DNA of 28,788 nt from Chiloscyllium plagiosum (taxonomy: Eukaryota), in assembly GCF_004010195.1 (NCBI RefSeq), contig NC_057759.1, positions 2,461,199 through 2,489,986 on the forward strand, in the 5' to 3' direction. The position numbers and the translations under genes are program-made. Shown piece by piece: positions 1 through 12,492 of the stretch; the first letter of the stretch is position 1; every line of letters starts with the position of its first letter. The notes below the pieces were generated by a model, which searched no databases, was not told the origin of the DNA, and saw nothing but the letters and a program-made list of their open reading frames with translations.

Positions 1-525
1 CCTCACAGTAATAATGCATCAAATATGCGGCCGAACTTGGATTATTGCATCCAATTCTAGTCACATTATTACAGGAGGAATGCAGAAGCTCTGGAAAGGG
101 TTCAGAGGACATTTACTAGGATGATGCCTGGTATGGAGGGAAGGTCTTTTGAAGGCAGGCTAAGGGAGTGGAGACTCTTTTCGTTAGAGGGAAACAGATT
201 GAGAGATAACTTAATTGAGACATGTAAGATAATCAGAGGGTTATATAGGGTCAACGGATGATGGCTAGCACGAGGGACATAGCTTTAAAGTGATGTGTGG
301 CAGATGTACGACAGATGTCATAGGTAGTATCTTTACTCAGAGAGTAGTAGGAGCGTGGAACTCCCCGCTGCAACAGTAGTAAACCCGCCGACATTAAGTG
401 CATCAAAATGGTCATTGGATAAACATATGGATGAAAATGGAATATTGTTGGATTGATGGGCTTCAGGTTGATTCCACAGCTCAGCACGATATCAAGGGCT
501 AATGTTGTATACGCTATGCTCTATG
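1..525 (+). mobile_element. CR1-clade LINE 3' fragment
   Basis: Decayed RT C-terminal motif RPNLDYCIQF..ALERVQRTFTRMMPG, CR1-type 3' UTR and short tandem tail (tatgctctatg). Confidence 0.8.
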
Positions 526-725
526 CAATCCAGGATTAGGTGCCACCAAAATTCATCAAGCTCAAACCTTTTTGTCTTGACTGCATCGTTTGATCATTAG
601 CCAATTTGAACTGGAGCTCTGCACATTGGGATACTGAGGTTGAACTGTGCGTTGTATTTATAGCAGTGAGAGTTCAAAATATATAATGATTGGATCAGTC
701 TTTCCGCTTCTATCTCTTTCTTCAG

Positions 726-971
726 GTTTTGGAAGGCCCGTGTTTTACATATACCCAACAAGTAGGTTTGTGAAAGAAGGAGAGACTTTAAAATTGGAAT
801 GTGGGGCAGATAAAGGAAGAGTTGTTTATTGTTGCAAAAATGAAGAGCAATTCACTCAAACACAGAGCAATGCTAATGAAATACTCGTGAACAGTGAAAT
901 TGCTGGATCTTATTCCTGCATAAGACATTATGAATGTCTCAAGAGTGCATCTGTTGTAATTGTCATCATTT
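726..971 (+). CDS. Ig-domain exon 1 (FGRPVFYIYP...EGETLKLECGA...AGSYSC...VVIVII)
   Basis: Polypyrimidine tract + ttcAG acceptor at 724-725, donor GTAAGT at 972; 246 bp, phase 1-1; B- and F-strand Cys (LEC, YSC) present. Confidence 0.85.
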
Positions 972-1229
972 GTAAGTGAACTTTTTTAAAAATTCCTTCA
1001 CAGGACGATGGTGTCACTGGCTAGGCCAGTATTTATTGCGCATCCCGAGAGCAGATAAGAGTCAACCACTTTGCTGTGTAGTCCAGCTTGACTCTGATTT
1101 AAACTGAAAATACTGCATGGAAGTCGAGTGCGCATTGATGTAATGATTTTTCTGATCCCCCAGATAACTTTCAGCCAAACACACATGTTTTAGCATGAAT
1201 CAGTTAAGTAAGGTTAGGTATCTGAAATG

Positions 1230-2180
1230 GGAGTTTGTAATTTCACATGAGGAGAGGTTGAGTAGATTGGGCTTGCAATATTCGTGCTTAGAAGAATGAG
1301 AGGCCACTTATTGAAAGTCCTTAGAAGGACCTGACAGGGGAGATGAGGAGAGACGTGGTTTCCCCTTACCATGGAGAGTCTGGAACCAGAAGGGCATCGT
1401 CTCAGAATGATGGGGATGCACAGATGAGGAGGAATTTCTTCTCTCGAAAGGCATTAAATCTATGGAATTCATTACTGCAGAAGGCTTTCGATGCTGGGCC
1501 ATTCACACCTGTCACCCTCTGTGTCAAACAATCCTGAAATTACCCTCTACGTCTCCTGCCTTTCATTTTAACGTCATGCCCACCCCCCGTGTTATTTCCC
1601 TTCAACTACAGGGAACACCTGCTACCCATCTCCCACTGTCCATACGCTTCATAATCTTACGCATCTATATCAGGTGGCATGGTGGCTTAGTGGTTAGCAC
1701 TGCTGCCTCATAGCGTCAGGGACCCGGCTTTGATTCAATTGACAAGCGACTGAATTTGTGGAGTTTGCACATTCTCCCTTTACCTGCGTGGGTTTCTTTT
1801 GGATGCTCAGGTTTGCTTCCCCAAGCCAAAAACTGCGCCGTTTGGGTGCATCAGTCCGGGGTAAATGTGGAGTTATAGGGGAATAGATTTGGGCAGGTTA
1901 CTCTTCGGAGGGTCATTATGGAATTGTTGGGCTGAAGGTCCTTTTCCCACACATTAGGATTCCATGATTCCCTCTCAGCCTTCTCTACTTCAAAGTGAAC
2001 AGCCTGATCTTATCCAGTCTCTCTTCATTGCTGCAATTTTCCCCATCCCAGGCAACATCCTGGTGAATCTTCTCTGCACGCCCTCCAGTGCAATCACAGG
2101 CTTTCTTTAGTTCAGAGGCTGGGACCGTGTACAGTGCTCCAGCTGTGGCCTCAGAAAAGTCCTGTTCACCTCCTATAGTA
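1230..2180. mobile_element. CR1 fragments (+ ~1230-1495; - ~1500-2180, interrupted by a SINE)
   Basis: 'MRRNFFSRKALNLWNSL' CR1 ORF2 end on +; antisense 'ccaggcaacatcctggtgaatcttctctgcac' on -. Confidence 0.7.
1673..1968 (+). mobile_element. tRNA-derived SINE (elasmobranch HE1/V-SINE-like)
   Basis: A-box-like ggtggcttagtggttagc, degenerate B box, core tgtggagtttgcacattctccc shared with three other copies. Confidence 0.8.
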
Positions 2181-2257
2181 CCTCCTTTTGTTAGAACTGT
2201 ATTTTGTTGTGCTTAAATCTCATTTGGTATCCAGCTTTTATCACAGTTCTTTTGCAG

Positions 2258-2524
2258 TTTCCACAGAAACTCTAACTCTGGAATCTAAGCGGCCGCATGT
2301 TCGGAGGTACGAGAACATTGTAATGTACTGCCGTATGCCATCCCAAAACTTGCGAGGACACAAGCATTTCCAGTGGTATCGGAATAATGAGCTGATAAAA
2401 GAAACTGAAGATGATTCATTCACCATAGAAAGTGCAGAACATTCAGATGAAGCACCCTATCGATGTGAATTAACAAATCACTATAGAAAGTGGGTTTCGA
2501 ACAATCTAACTGTCACAGCATCAG
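2258..2524 (+). CDS. Ig-domain exon 2 (STETLTLE...MYCRMP...FQWYRNNELI...DEAPYRCELT...LTVTAS)
   Basis: tttgcAG acceptor ending 2257 (in-frame alternative at 2266), donor GTTGGT at 2525; 267 bp, phase 1-1; canonical C...WY...DxxxYxC Ig motif. Confidence 0.9.
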
Positions 2525-2639
2525 GTTGGTGTTTCCTTTGTTTAGTTAGTGAGTGACTTGATGATTAGATGCTGCATCTGTGTAAGCTGCTTTTGACAGA
2601 ACCCTCCCAGTGATGGGGACTCGAGGACAGGAGCAGGGT

Positions 2640-3585
2640 GCTTCATCACTGATCTTCCCTCCATCATAAGATCAGAAGTGGGGATGTTCACTGATGATTG
2701 CACAATGTTCAGAATCATTCTCCACTACTCCGAAATTGATGCAGTCTGTGTTCAAATGAAGCAAGGCCTGTATAATATCCAGAATTGGTACAACAAGTGG
2801 CAAGTAACATCTGTGCCACACAAATGCCCAAAACCGGTCATCAATAATAGTAGCCTCTCTAACTGTCACCCACTAGACATTCAACGATGTCGCCATCAAT
2901 GAATCCCCTATTATCAACATTCTAGAGTTTCCGACAGATTAGAAAGAAAAACAACTGCAATCAGCATGTAAACACAGCAGCTCCATGAGCTTGTCAGAGG
3001 CTGGGAATCCAACAGCAAATAACTTACTTCCTGACTTCTTGAAGCCTGTCGACCAACAACAAAGCACCAGTTGGGAGTGTGCTGGAGTACTTCCGACTTG
3101 CCTGGATGGGTGCAGCTCAAACATGACTCGAGAAGCTCGATACAATCCAGAGACAAGGCAGGCTCTGCTTGATCGGTACCACAACCAATGCCTCCACCTT
3201 CGTTTCTCAGTAGGAGTAGTGTATAAAATCTACACGATGCACTGCAGAAAGTCACCAAAGATCCTCAAAGAGAACCTCCCAAACTCAGACCACTTCCATC
3301 TATAAGCTCAAGAACAGCAGATAAATGGGAATACCACCCTCCAACAAGTAAAAATCTGAGGCACTCACCATCCTGACGTAGAAATAATTCAGCCATTCCT
3401 TCAGTGTCACTGGACCGAAATCGTGGAAATCCCTCCCAAACGGTATTGTGGATCAACCAGCAGCCAATGGCTTGTAGTGGCTCAAAAAGATAGCTCACCA
3501 CCAGCTTCTCGGGGAGACAGCTAGGGACAGACAATAAAATATTAGACAGCCAGAGACACCCATGGCCCATGCGTGAATGGAAAAC
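2640..3585 (+). mobile_element. L2/CR1-group LINE 3' fragment
   Basis: RT motif EVGMF(T)DDCTMF (cf. FADD), 'VVYKIYTMHC' segment repeated at ~24040-24380, tail ending gtgaatggaaaa. Confidence 0.7.
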
Positions 3586-3669
3586 GTTTTGCTGTAATTG
3601 TCCAGGGTGAGACCACACCCTGGAGTTTTGTGTGTGAAGTATGGATCTCCATATCTGACGAAGTATTGT

Positions 3670-4975
3670 TTTGTGTCTTTAGCTTGATTGAGTTTGTAAA
3701 TGGAGTAACTAAAAAGATTGATGAAAACAGAGTGTTTGACATCGTTGACTTGTACTTTAGTGAAGCCTTTGACAAGGTGTCAGGAGGTAGAACAATTAGA
3801 AACTTTCGATCACTTGGGATTCAGGGAGAACCTGCCAGTTGGATACAGGTTCGTCTTGATAGTGGGCGGCAGTGGGTGATGACGGGACGCACGTAACCAG
3901 CGGTGTTCAACAGGGATCGGTGATGGGTCCACTTCATGTAAATGATGTGGATGAGAACAAAATGAGGCATTGTTAGCATATTTGCAGATGACACCCAAAC
4001 TGGTGGTCACATCGATAATGAAGAAGGTTATAAAGATTATGAAGAAATCTTGATCAATTGGGTCAATGGGCTGAGGAATGGTAGTTGGAATTTAATTTGG
4101 ATAAATGTGACTTATTGCATTTTGGTACTATAAATAATGACAGAACTTGGGCAATTCAGGGTAGTGCCCTTGGTAGTGCTGCAGGGCTGAGGGACCGAGG
4201 GTTTCAGGTACATAATTCTCTGAAGTAGGCCGGTTGTTTAAGAAGCACGCTTTGCTTAATTGCTCAGACTTTTAAGTATCGGAATTGGATGTTATGTTGA
4301 GGTCTCAAGGGGCATTGGAGTGCGGTGTGCTGTTCTGGAAGGATATTATTAAACTGGACATAGTTCAGGAAAGATTTATCATAATGTTACTGTGAATGGA
4401 AGGTTTAAGATATAAAAATAGACTGAAAAATCTGTGACTTTTTTCCACTGAAGTGTAGCAGGTTGAGGGGTGACTTTATTAAAGTTCATAAACAATGAGA
4501 GGCATAGATAAGGTAACTGACGAGGGTCTTTTTCACCCGGGTGAAGAAGTTCAAAACTATGGGGCATATTTTTAATGTAAGAGGTGAAGAATTTAAGAAG
4601 GACACGTGGGCAACTGAGAATAGTTCATGTTTGGATTGAACTGTCAGAGCAAGTAATGGATACATGTACAGGTAGATTTTTTCAGAGACACTTGGATAAG
4701 TTCATGAACAGGAAGTTTTGGAGTGATATGGCTCAAATTCAAGCAGGTGAGACAAGTATAGTTTGGGAACATGGTCGGCATGGACTGGTTGGATTGAACA
4801 GTTTTTTCAGTGTAGGATGTCTCTAGGACTGGACAGGGTTAATGCAGAATGGATGTGCCTGACGACTGGGGTGGGGTTGGCGGGGAAAGCACAGGGGAGT
4901 CCAGAACCAGGGATTGACCGTCTAAAGGAGACTGGATTACACTGAGATGAGGAGAAATGCCTTTTGCAGAGATTT
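3670..4975 (+). mobile_element. CR1 LINE ORF2 (RT) fragments
   Basis: 'VFDIVDLYFSEAFDKV', 'FADDT' (tttgcagatgacacc) and CR1 3' UTR; many stops and frameshifts. Confidence 0.85.
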
Positions 4976-5592
4976 GCATCCTTGCCTTCTCTGTAAACAG
5001 GCCAGTTCCTTTTAGTTTCCAAACAATTTATCTGCATCAGCTATAACTTATGATCGCTATTGCCGACTGAATACTTAATCTGAGTGTGTCATATAATATC
5101 AGTAAGACCTGATATGCATATATCTTGTTGATCGTGCCCGATTGTGCTGCTATATTATCCTTTGCCCTTGCCTTTTACACTTACAACTTATTAATAAGTC
5201 GTGTCAATCCTCGTATTGTATCTGCCTATTTACTTCTCCTCACCTCCACTCACAGTTGATGTCAGTTGAGAGAGAAATGGTAACAGGTATTATGTGACAT
5301 ACTAAGTCCGTAAAGTGGCTGAATGACCTCCAGCTGTTCTGTTTTCTTATGTTCTTGACTAACTCCTCAGTTAAGGAGAACTAAGCGATGGCAATACTTA
5401 GGTAAGTTGAAAACAAATTAACATAATTGATTTCTTTATTCGGACTAGATCGGACAAAATATCGGGGATGGGTTTGCGGAACTAATACTTGAAAATGCAT
5501 TTTGAACAGAATGTGATAGTGAATGTTTTCGGAGCACTTACTGGTGTAATGACAGCCTGTGGTAAGCTGTAATGATGCAACTGTGCTTTCAG

Positions 5593-5856
5593 TCTTAGAC
5601 AGAAATATGGCTTTCCATGTTGTCCCTGTTTCACCATTGGAAGGAGAGTCACTGGAACTGAATTGTCAGGATGTTTACAGTTATTGGTGGGAGAGGGAAT
5701 TTATCTTTTACAAAAATGGCAAGAATATCCATTCAGTGAAGTTCACAACATCTGAATCCTCGTATCGCATTGAAGTAAACAACACTGATGACAGTGGATG
5801 GTACAATTGCAATGTTGACTTGGAAAAATCACGAGATGTTAAGATTCAGGTTCAAG
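5593..5856 (+). CDS. Ig-domain exon 3 (LDRNMAFHVVP...EGESLELNC...FYKNGK...DDSGWYNC...KIQVQ)
   Basis: tttcAG acceptor ending 5592; 264 bp to the phase-1 position AAG|GCACGT (GC donor); Ig motifs intact. Confidence 0.85.
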
Positions 5857-5919
5857 GCACGTAACCAATTTTGTACAATGTGCACAAGACAGTCCATTCT
5901 TCCTGGGTCTGACCCAGTC

Positions 5920-6790
5920 AATGGAATGGATGTCACAAAATTTGTGGAAGATATAGAGCTAGTTGGTAAGATGAGTGATGAGGATATCATAAAGGGCCTG
6001 CAGAGGGACAGAGGTAGTTTAAGACCAAAAACAAAATCGTAAACTGGAATACAATGTGGAAAACCGTGAGATTTTGTGATCTGGCAGGAAGAATAGAGGA
6101 ACTGAATATATTTAAATTATGAAAGACTGCAGAAAGCTACAGGAGTGATTCCTCATCTGTGAAACAGAAAAAGTGAGTGTCCAAGTTCGGTGGGTCATAC
6201 GGAAGGCAAATGGTTTTTAATTTGAAGGGAATGGAGTGTAAAACTCAGGAGATTACACTAACACTCTACAAGCACTAGTCAAACTTCAGGAAAACACTAT
6301 GATCAGTTTTTGGGACCTTTATCTCAGGAAAGATAGACTGATCATTGGAGGCAGTTCAGAGAAGAATCACTCGGCTGATCTTGGGCATGAAGGGACGGTT
6401 CTGACTGAGGATTAAAAAAATGAGAGACAATCTTATTGAAGATTCTTAGAGGGACTTGACAGGGGATATGCGGAAAAATGTGTTATCCCCCTTCCAGAAG
6501 ATTCTGGAATCAGAGAGGCATCGACTTAAAACCGGAGGTGAGGAGAAATTCCTTCTCTCTAAGTGGACTGAATCTGTGGAATTCTTTACCACAGAAGGAT
6601 ATTGTGGCAGGGTTGTTAAGTACATTCCAGGTTGAGGGATGTAATTGTTTTTAATCAGGGAGGTTATTGTGAATAAACAGCAAGAAAGTGGAGTTGAGGG
6701 TGATCGAATTAGACATGATCGTCTTGAATAGTGGGTACAGTCTCAATGGACTGAAAGGTCTACTTCTGTCCCTACATCTTATGCCCGTAC
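5920..6790 (+). mobile_element. CR1 LINE 3' fragment
   Basis: 'KFVEDIEL' (cf. KFADDTK), 'LQRD', aatctgtggaattctttaccacag and 3' tail. Confidence 0.75.
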
Positions 6791-6944
6791 AATCTATTAA
6801 AAGCAATCTGAACCTTTCACAATTAATTTTGATGCTTTCTTAAATAAGGTGACTGATATGATACACAGTACTGTTGTTGGTCTTCCTATGGTGCCAAACA
6901 TGATTTCAGTGATAATCCTGGAGGTGATTGATAGCATTCTATTA

Positions 6945-7315
6945 TAATCAATAGACAATAGGTGCAAGAGTAGGCCATTCTGCCCTTCGAGCCAGCACCA
7001 CCATTCATTATGATCATGGCTGATCATCCTCAATCAGGACCCTGTTCCTGCCTTATCCCCATAATCCTTGATTCCACTATCCTGAAGAGCTCTATCCAAC
7101 TCTTTCTCGAAAGTATCCAGAGACTTGCCCTCCACAGCCTTCTGGGGCAGAGCATTCCATACTCCCACCACTCTGTGTGAAGATGTTTCGCCTTAACTCA
7201 GTTCTAAGTGGTCTACCCCTTATTTTTAAACTGTGTCCTCTGTGTCCTCACCCACCAGCGGAAACATGCTTCCTGCCTCCAGAACGTCCGATCCTTTAAT
7301 AATCTTATACGTTAT
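6945..7315 (-). mobile_element. CR1 LINE 3' end
   Basis: Antisense 3' UTR (gagtaggccattc...atgatcatggctgatc) with caata-type tail. Confidence 0.75.
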
Positions 7316-7366
7316 TAGATTTCTGTTTTTACTGGCACATTCTCTGAACAGAGAGATGAATACAAG

Positions 7367-7370
<4 letters not shown>

Positions 7371-7414
<44 letters not shown>
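7371..7414. repeat. (GA)22 microsatellite
   Basis: Perfect dinucleotide run. Confidence 0.95.
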
Positions 7415-7417
<3 letters not shown>

Positions 7418-7504
7418 GGAACAAGATCCAATCGAAACATGGGGAGAATAAACAGTTGGTATTTGGGTTATTCCCATCACGGGATCCCTCAAAAATAAAA
7501 ATTG

Positions 7505-7910
7505 TGTTATAGGACGAGGCTGAATAGGCTCGAGCTTAGCTGGCTGAAGGTGAATTTATATAAAGGAGGAGCAGAAATAAGGTGAATCTCCAAGGTATTT
7601 TCCCGAGGGTATGGTTGTCCAAAACTAGACGGCATAGGCTTAAAGTGAGAGGGGAAAGATTTGAAAGGAACCTGAAAGGCAATTTTTTTCACACAGAGTG
7701 TGGTGTGTGTATGGAAATAGCTGCCAGAGGAAGTGGTGGAGGCTGGGACAATTGCAGCATTAAAAAGACTTTTGATCTGCACATCGATAGGAAGGGGTTA
7801 GCGGGATATGGGCAAAATGCAGGCAAATGGCATTACGTCATTTTACGAAATCTGGTAGGCATGGACGAGTTGGGCTGAAGGGTCAGTTTCCGCACGCTAT
7901 GGCTCTACTA
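7505..7910 (+). mobile_element. CR1 LINE 3' end
   Basis: 'KTRRHRLKVRGERF..GNFFH' ORF2 C-terminus and 3' UTR. Confidence 0.8.
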
Positions 7911-8095
7911 TTCCAAAATTCAGGTGGCATTGAAAGAGAATTTGAAATTTGCTAAGTAAGAGAAAGGTAAAGTTTCACCCTCTCCCCTGTCTTTTGTCAG
8001 TAAATGCTCACAGACTTTGACCTGTGTCACCATTGTGCTTTTGCTCTGTGATGACAACAGTTGATTGATGAGCTCGATTGTGTGGTACATTCCAG

Positions 8096-8377
8096 AATGC
8101 CTTGCCAAGACCGTGCTGACGGTGGAGCAGGCGGCTGAAGTATTCGAGGGGCTTTGGTTCACGCTGACGGGCACTGTCCAGGCGGCACGGCCCTCCGACC
8201 AGTTTCACTACTTGTTTTACAGAGACAGCGCCGCCCTGTATGCCACGCTTGATCATGGCAGCGTGGACACCATCAACGCAGCGACTGAAAACATTTCCGG
8301 GAATTACGCCTGTAAAGTGATCGAGATGGTTTACAGTCTGAGGAAGAGAAGCGACAGCATTCACATTTCCGTTAAAC
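8096..8377 (+). CDS. Ig-domain exon 4 (CLAKTVLTV...FTLTGTV...YLFYRD...SGNYACKV...RKRSDSIHISVK)
   Basis: tccAG acceptor ending 8095, donor GTAACT at 8378; 282 bp, phase 1-1; F-strand GNYAC present, expected B-strand Cys is Gly (GGC 8170-8172). Confidence 0.85.
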
Positions 8378-8608
8378 GTAACTCTCTGTCACTATTGCAG
8401 AGTCCCCAGTGTAGGGTAAAGGCACTTCAACCCACTGAATCAGAAACGACTTCCTGACTATTCTCTAACTCCCATTTCCTCAGCTTGGCATTGCAAGTGC
8501 GCATCTAAACACTCTTCTCTGTGATAACGCTTTCTGGCTCTCCCACATTTACAAAAATGTGTTCCAGATTGTCTGGGTGAAAATGTTTTCCTTCATGCCC
8601 CCACTCAA

Positions 8609-8892
8609 CGAGGTGACTCAGTGGTTAGCATTACAGCCTCACAGCACTAGGGTCCTCGGTTTGATTCCAGCCTCGCGTGGCTGTCTGTGTGGAGTTTGCA
8701 AATTTTCCCTGTGGGTTTCCTTCCACAGTCCAAAGATGTGTAGGTCGGATGAATTTGCCATGCTATTTTGCCCATAGTGTTAGGTGCATTAGTCATAGGG
8801 GAATGGATTTGTGTGGGTTACTCTTCGGACGTTCGGTGTGGACTTGTTGTGCTGAAGAGCCTGTTTCCACACTGTAGCGAAGCTGATCTAAA
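8609..8892 (+). mobile_element. tRNA-derived SINE
   Basis: ggtgactcagtggttagc...ctgtctgtgtggagtttgca...cctgtttccacactgta, homologous to the 17342 copy. Confidence 0.8.
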
Positions 8893-9420
8893 CTTTTCCG
8901 CCCCTTACCCTCAATCTATGTCCACCCCCTCTGTCTCTTTATCTCACCAAGGAGAAATGTTTTTCCTGTCAACTCTGTTTATACACCCTCATTATTTTAT
9001 ACATCTCAATCATGACTCTCACACTCGTGTCAATCTAATATACTTTAAGGTAAATAACTCCGGTCTGTCCAATCTCTCTCCATCACTGAAACTCTCCAAC
9101 CTCCAAGGCAACATCCTGGCAAGTCTCCCTCTGCACCCTCTCCCAGTGCTATCCCATCTCTCCTAGAATGGGAATTCCAGAACCCGGTACAAAACTCTCT
9201 CTGCAATTGTACATATTCATTCCAAATGTGATTGTGATTGTCACCAAATCTGACCTCGAGCTAAAACGATGCTAACAGCCTTGAATGGCTTGAAGGATTG
9301 TTTCAAGTCTCCCGCACTGACCGGGTGTCGGGATGTACTTACTCTCGTTCTGCTCACTAAGTTTTCCCAAGCCCGGACACTTTACAGAAAGAAACAGAAA
9401 CATGTCTTTCTGCTTTCCAG

Positions 9421-9692
9421 AGGCGTTTGCCATTCCTAAGTTGACCGTGCAACCCGAGGAACAAGTGTTTAATGGCCAATTGGTTAAATTGGTGTGCTTG
9501 GCTGAAGTAAATCCGTCTCAAGCGTCCTTGCAGAACAGCTTTTTAGAAATGGGGTTCCTCTCCAGTCTTCATCCGAACACAGCGATTACATCTCTGAGTC
9601 AGCTCGTCCGGCAGACTCGGGCACTTACCATTGTGAAGTCACAGACGGGAAGGTGTGGAAATGCAGTAATCAACTCCCTTTGTCCATCAGAT
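9421..9692 (+). pseudogene. Ig-domain exon 5, frameshifted (AFAIPKLTVQP...VKLVC.../RNGVPL...ADSGTYHCEV...LSIR)
   Basis: ctttccAG acceptor ending 9420, donor GTGAGT at 9693; 272 bp (one short of 273); the two halves of the domain lie in different frames, joined at the T5 run 9540-9544. Confidence 0.85.
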
Positions 9693-10399
9693 GTGAGTAC
9701 CATTTCTTATCGTTCCTTTCTTAACAATTAAAGATTCATAATAGAGACAAATTCTCATCCTTCCCCACATCTCAGAGTCGTGCATTGGAGAGCTAGTGAC
9801 AAACAGCACAGAGTAATGGACGGGCCATTTAGGTCTGAGATGAGGAGGAACATCTTCTCCCAATGAGTGGAGAGCCTGTAAGATTAACTGTCCCAGAAAA
9901 TTATGGATCAAATAAATGGCAACTGGCCATTCGATCCTTCCAGCTTTCTGTGCCCATTCATAAGGATTGTGGCTGATTATCCACCTCAGTCTCCTGACCC
10001 CTTGCTCTCTTCCTTTAGGCCCTGATAACTCTACCCAACTCCTTTTTGAACAACATTCAATGTCCCAGCTCTGACCAATTTCTATGACAGAGAATTCCAC
10101 AGGCTTCCCACTCGCTAGGTGATGGCATTTCTGTGCCATCTGTGTCCGTCTGTGTCCTACTCCATCTCTTTTGGACTGTGACCCCGGATGTCTCTCGATT
10201 ATCAATAATATTTTTCCTGCATTTACCACGTCTAATTAGCAAGTTTTCAGGTTACATAAAAATTGGTGGTGTTGTGGATAGCGAGGAAGATGGCCAAATA
10301 ATATAGATCTGCCTGAAAGTTGTGTATGGAAATGGCAGATGCAGTTTAATCCGCACTAGTGGAAAGTGTAAAAATATATAGGTCCGCTGGGCCAGAAGG

Positions 10400-11910
10400 G
10401 ATTTATCCTAGAATTCTCTTGAAAGTCAATGAGGAGATTCCCAAGCCATTTGCTTTGATGCTTATGTCGTCATTATCCACAGAAATAGTGCAGAAAACTG
10501 GAGGATAGCAAATGTTGATCCCTTGTTCAAGAAGTGAATTAGAGACCATCCTGGTTATTATAGGTCCATGAGCCTTACTTTGGTGGTGGGTGAAGTGTTG
10601 GAAAGGTTTAGAAGAGACAGGGTTTAAAATCATCTGGAGATGAATAAGCTGATTAGGGCTGGTCAACACGGTTTTGTTAAGGATAGGTCGTGCCTCACAA
10701 ACCTTTCTGAGAACTTTGAGAATGTAACCAAATAGGCGGATGAAGGTAAAGTGGTTAATGTGGTGTATATGGATTTCAGTAAGTCGTTGATAAGGTTCCC
10801 CACGGGAGACTATTGCATAAGGTACAGAGGCATGGGATTGAGAGTGATTTAGCGGTTTGGATCAGAAATCGTCAAGCTGCAAGAAGATAGAGGATGGTGG
10901 TTGATGGGAAATATTCATCCTGAAGTTCAGTTACTATTGCGTACGGCAGGAATCTGTTTAGGGGTCACTGCTGTTTGTCGTCGAAACAATGACCTGGGTG
11001 AGGGTAGAGAAGAATGAGTTAATAAATTTGCTGATGATGCTAATGACGGTAGTGATGTAGATAGTGATGAAGAGTGTTGTAGTTTACAGAGAGACATAGA
11101 TAAGTTGCAGAACTGGGCTGAGAGGTGGCAAATGGAGTTTAGTGCGGTAACTTGTGAGGTGATTCACTTTGGAAGGATTAGCATGAACGCAGAGTACTGG
11201 GCTTCCCGTAAGATTCTTGGCAGTGTAGATGAGCAGAGATCTCGTTGTTCGTGTCCATCGATCCATGAAAGTTGCCACACAGGTTGGTAGGGTCACTAAG
11301 AAGACATATGGTGTGTTAGCTTGTATTGGTAGAGGGAAAGCGTTTCGGAACCATGAAGTCATGCTGCAACTCTCCAAATCTCGGGTGTGGCCACATTCGG
11401 AGTATTGCGTACACTTCTGTCACCGCATTCTCGGAAGGGTGTAGAAGCTTTGGAAAGGGTTCAGATAAGGTTGACTAGTATGTTGTCTTGTATGGAGGGA
11501 AGGTCTTATGAGGAAAGACTTGAAGTTGTGTTCGTCAGAGAGAAGATGATTGAGAGGTAACTTGATTGTGACATATAAGATAATCAGAGGGTTAGATAGG
11601 TTGGACAGTGAGATCATTTTCACCTGTATAGTGATGGCTCACATAGGGGGAATATCCTTAAATTGAGGATTATTAGATATATGACAGATGTTTGAGGTAG
11701 TTTTGTTACTCAGATATAGTGAGTGGAATGCATTGCCTGCAACAATAGTGGACTAGCCAATTTTAAGGGCATTTCAATGGACATTGGATAGGCATGTGGG
11801 CGAGAATGGAATAGCGTAAGTTCGATGGGCTTCAAACTCATTCCACAGGTTGGTGCAACATTGAGGGCCAAGGGGCCTGTACTGCGCTGTAATTTTCTAT
11901 GTTCTATGTT
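10400..11910 (+). mobile_element. CR1 LINE ORF2 (RT) long 3' fragment
   Basis: Decayed 'PGYYRSMSLTLVVG', 'GQHGF', 'VVYMDFSK', 'KFADDA', 'LQNWAERWQMEF' motifs; (ctatgtt) tail at ~11897-11910. Confidence 0.9.
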
Positions 11911-12492
11911 CGAGTGTAAGCTGATGCATTTTTGGGAAGTGAAATGCTCCAGGAAAATTTACAGTAAATGGCAGGATCCTTAAAAGCATTGATATACAGA
12001 GGGATATTGGGATGCAAGTCCATTGTTCCCTGAAAGTGGAAACACAATTGGATATGATGTTTAAGAAGTCAGATGGCAAGTTTGTTGTCATCGGTCTGTC
12101 AATTAGTATAATATTTGGCAAGTCATACTGAGCTGTATAAGACTTTAGTTCCAGCACGTTTCTTGGATTGGTCTCCAAACGATCGGAGAGATGTGAAGGA
12201 TTTCGAGAGGTTGCAAAACAGGTTTATCTGGATGTTGCCTAGACTGGAGTATGTGAGCTATGAGGAAAGTTTGGACAAATTTGAATTGTTTTCACGAGAG
12301 CATTGCAAAGTGTGAGTGGAGCCACCTGGCATATATAAAATTATGAGTTGTAAGAATGCTCGCTGAGTTGGAAGGTCTGTTTTCAGACGATTCGTCACCA
12401 TACTCGATATCATCATCCGTGAGCCTCCAGTTACGCACTGGCGTTATGTCCGCTTTCCCATTATGTGCTTTGTTTTCTTCAGTTGAGTGAAC

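Noticed and set aside
9687..10229. 180-aa minus-strand ORF
   Set aside because: Mostly overlaps decayed CR1 3' sequence; no coherent domain
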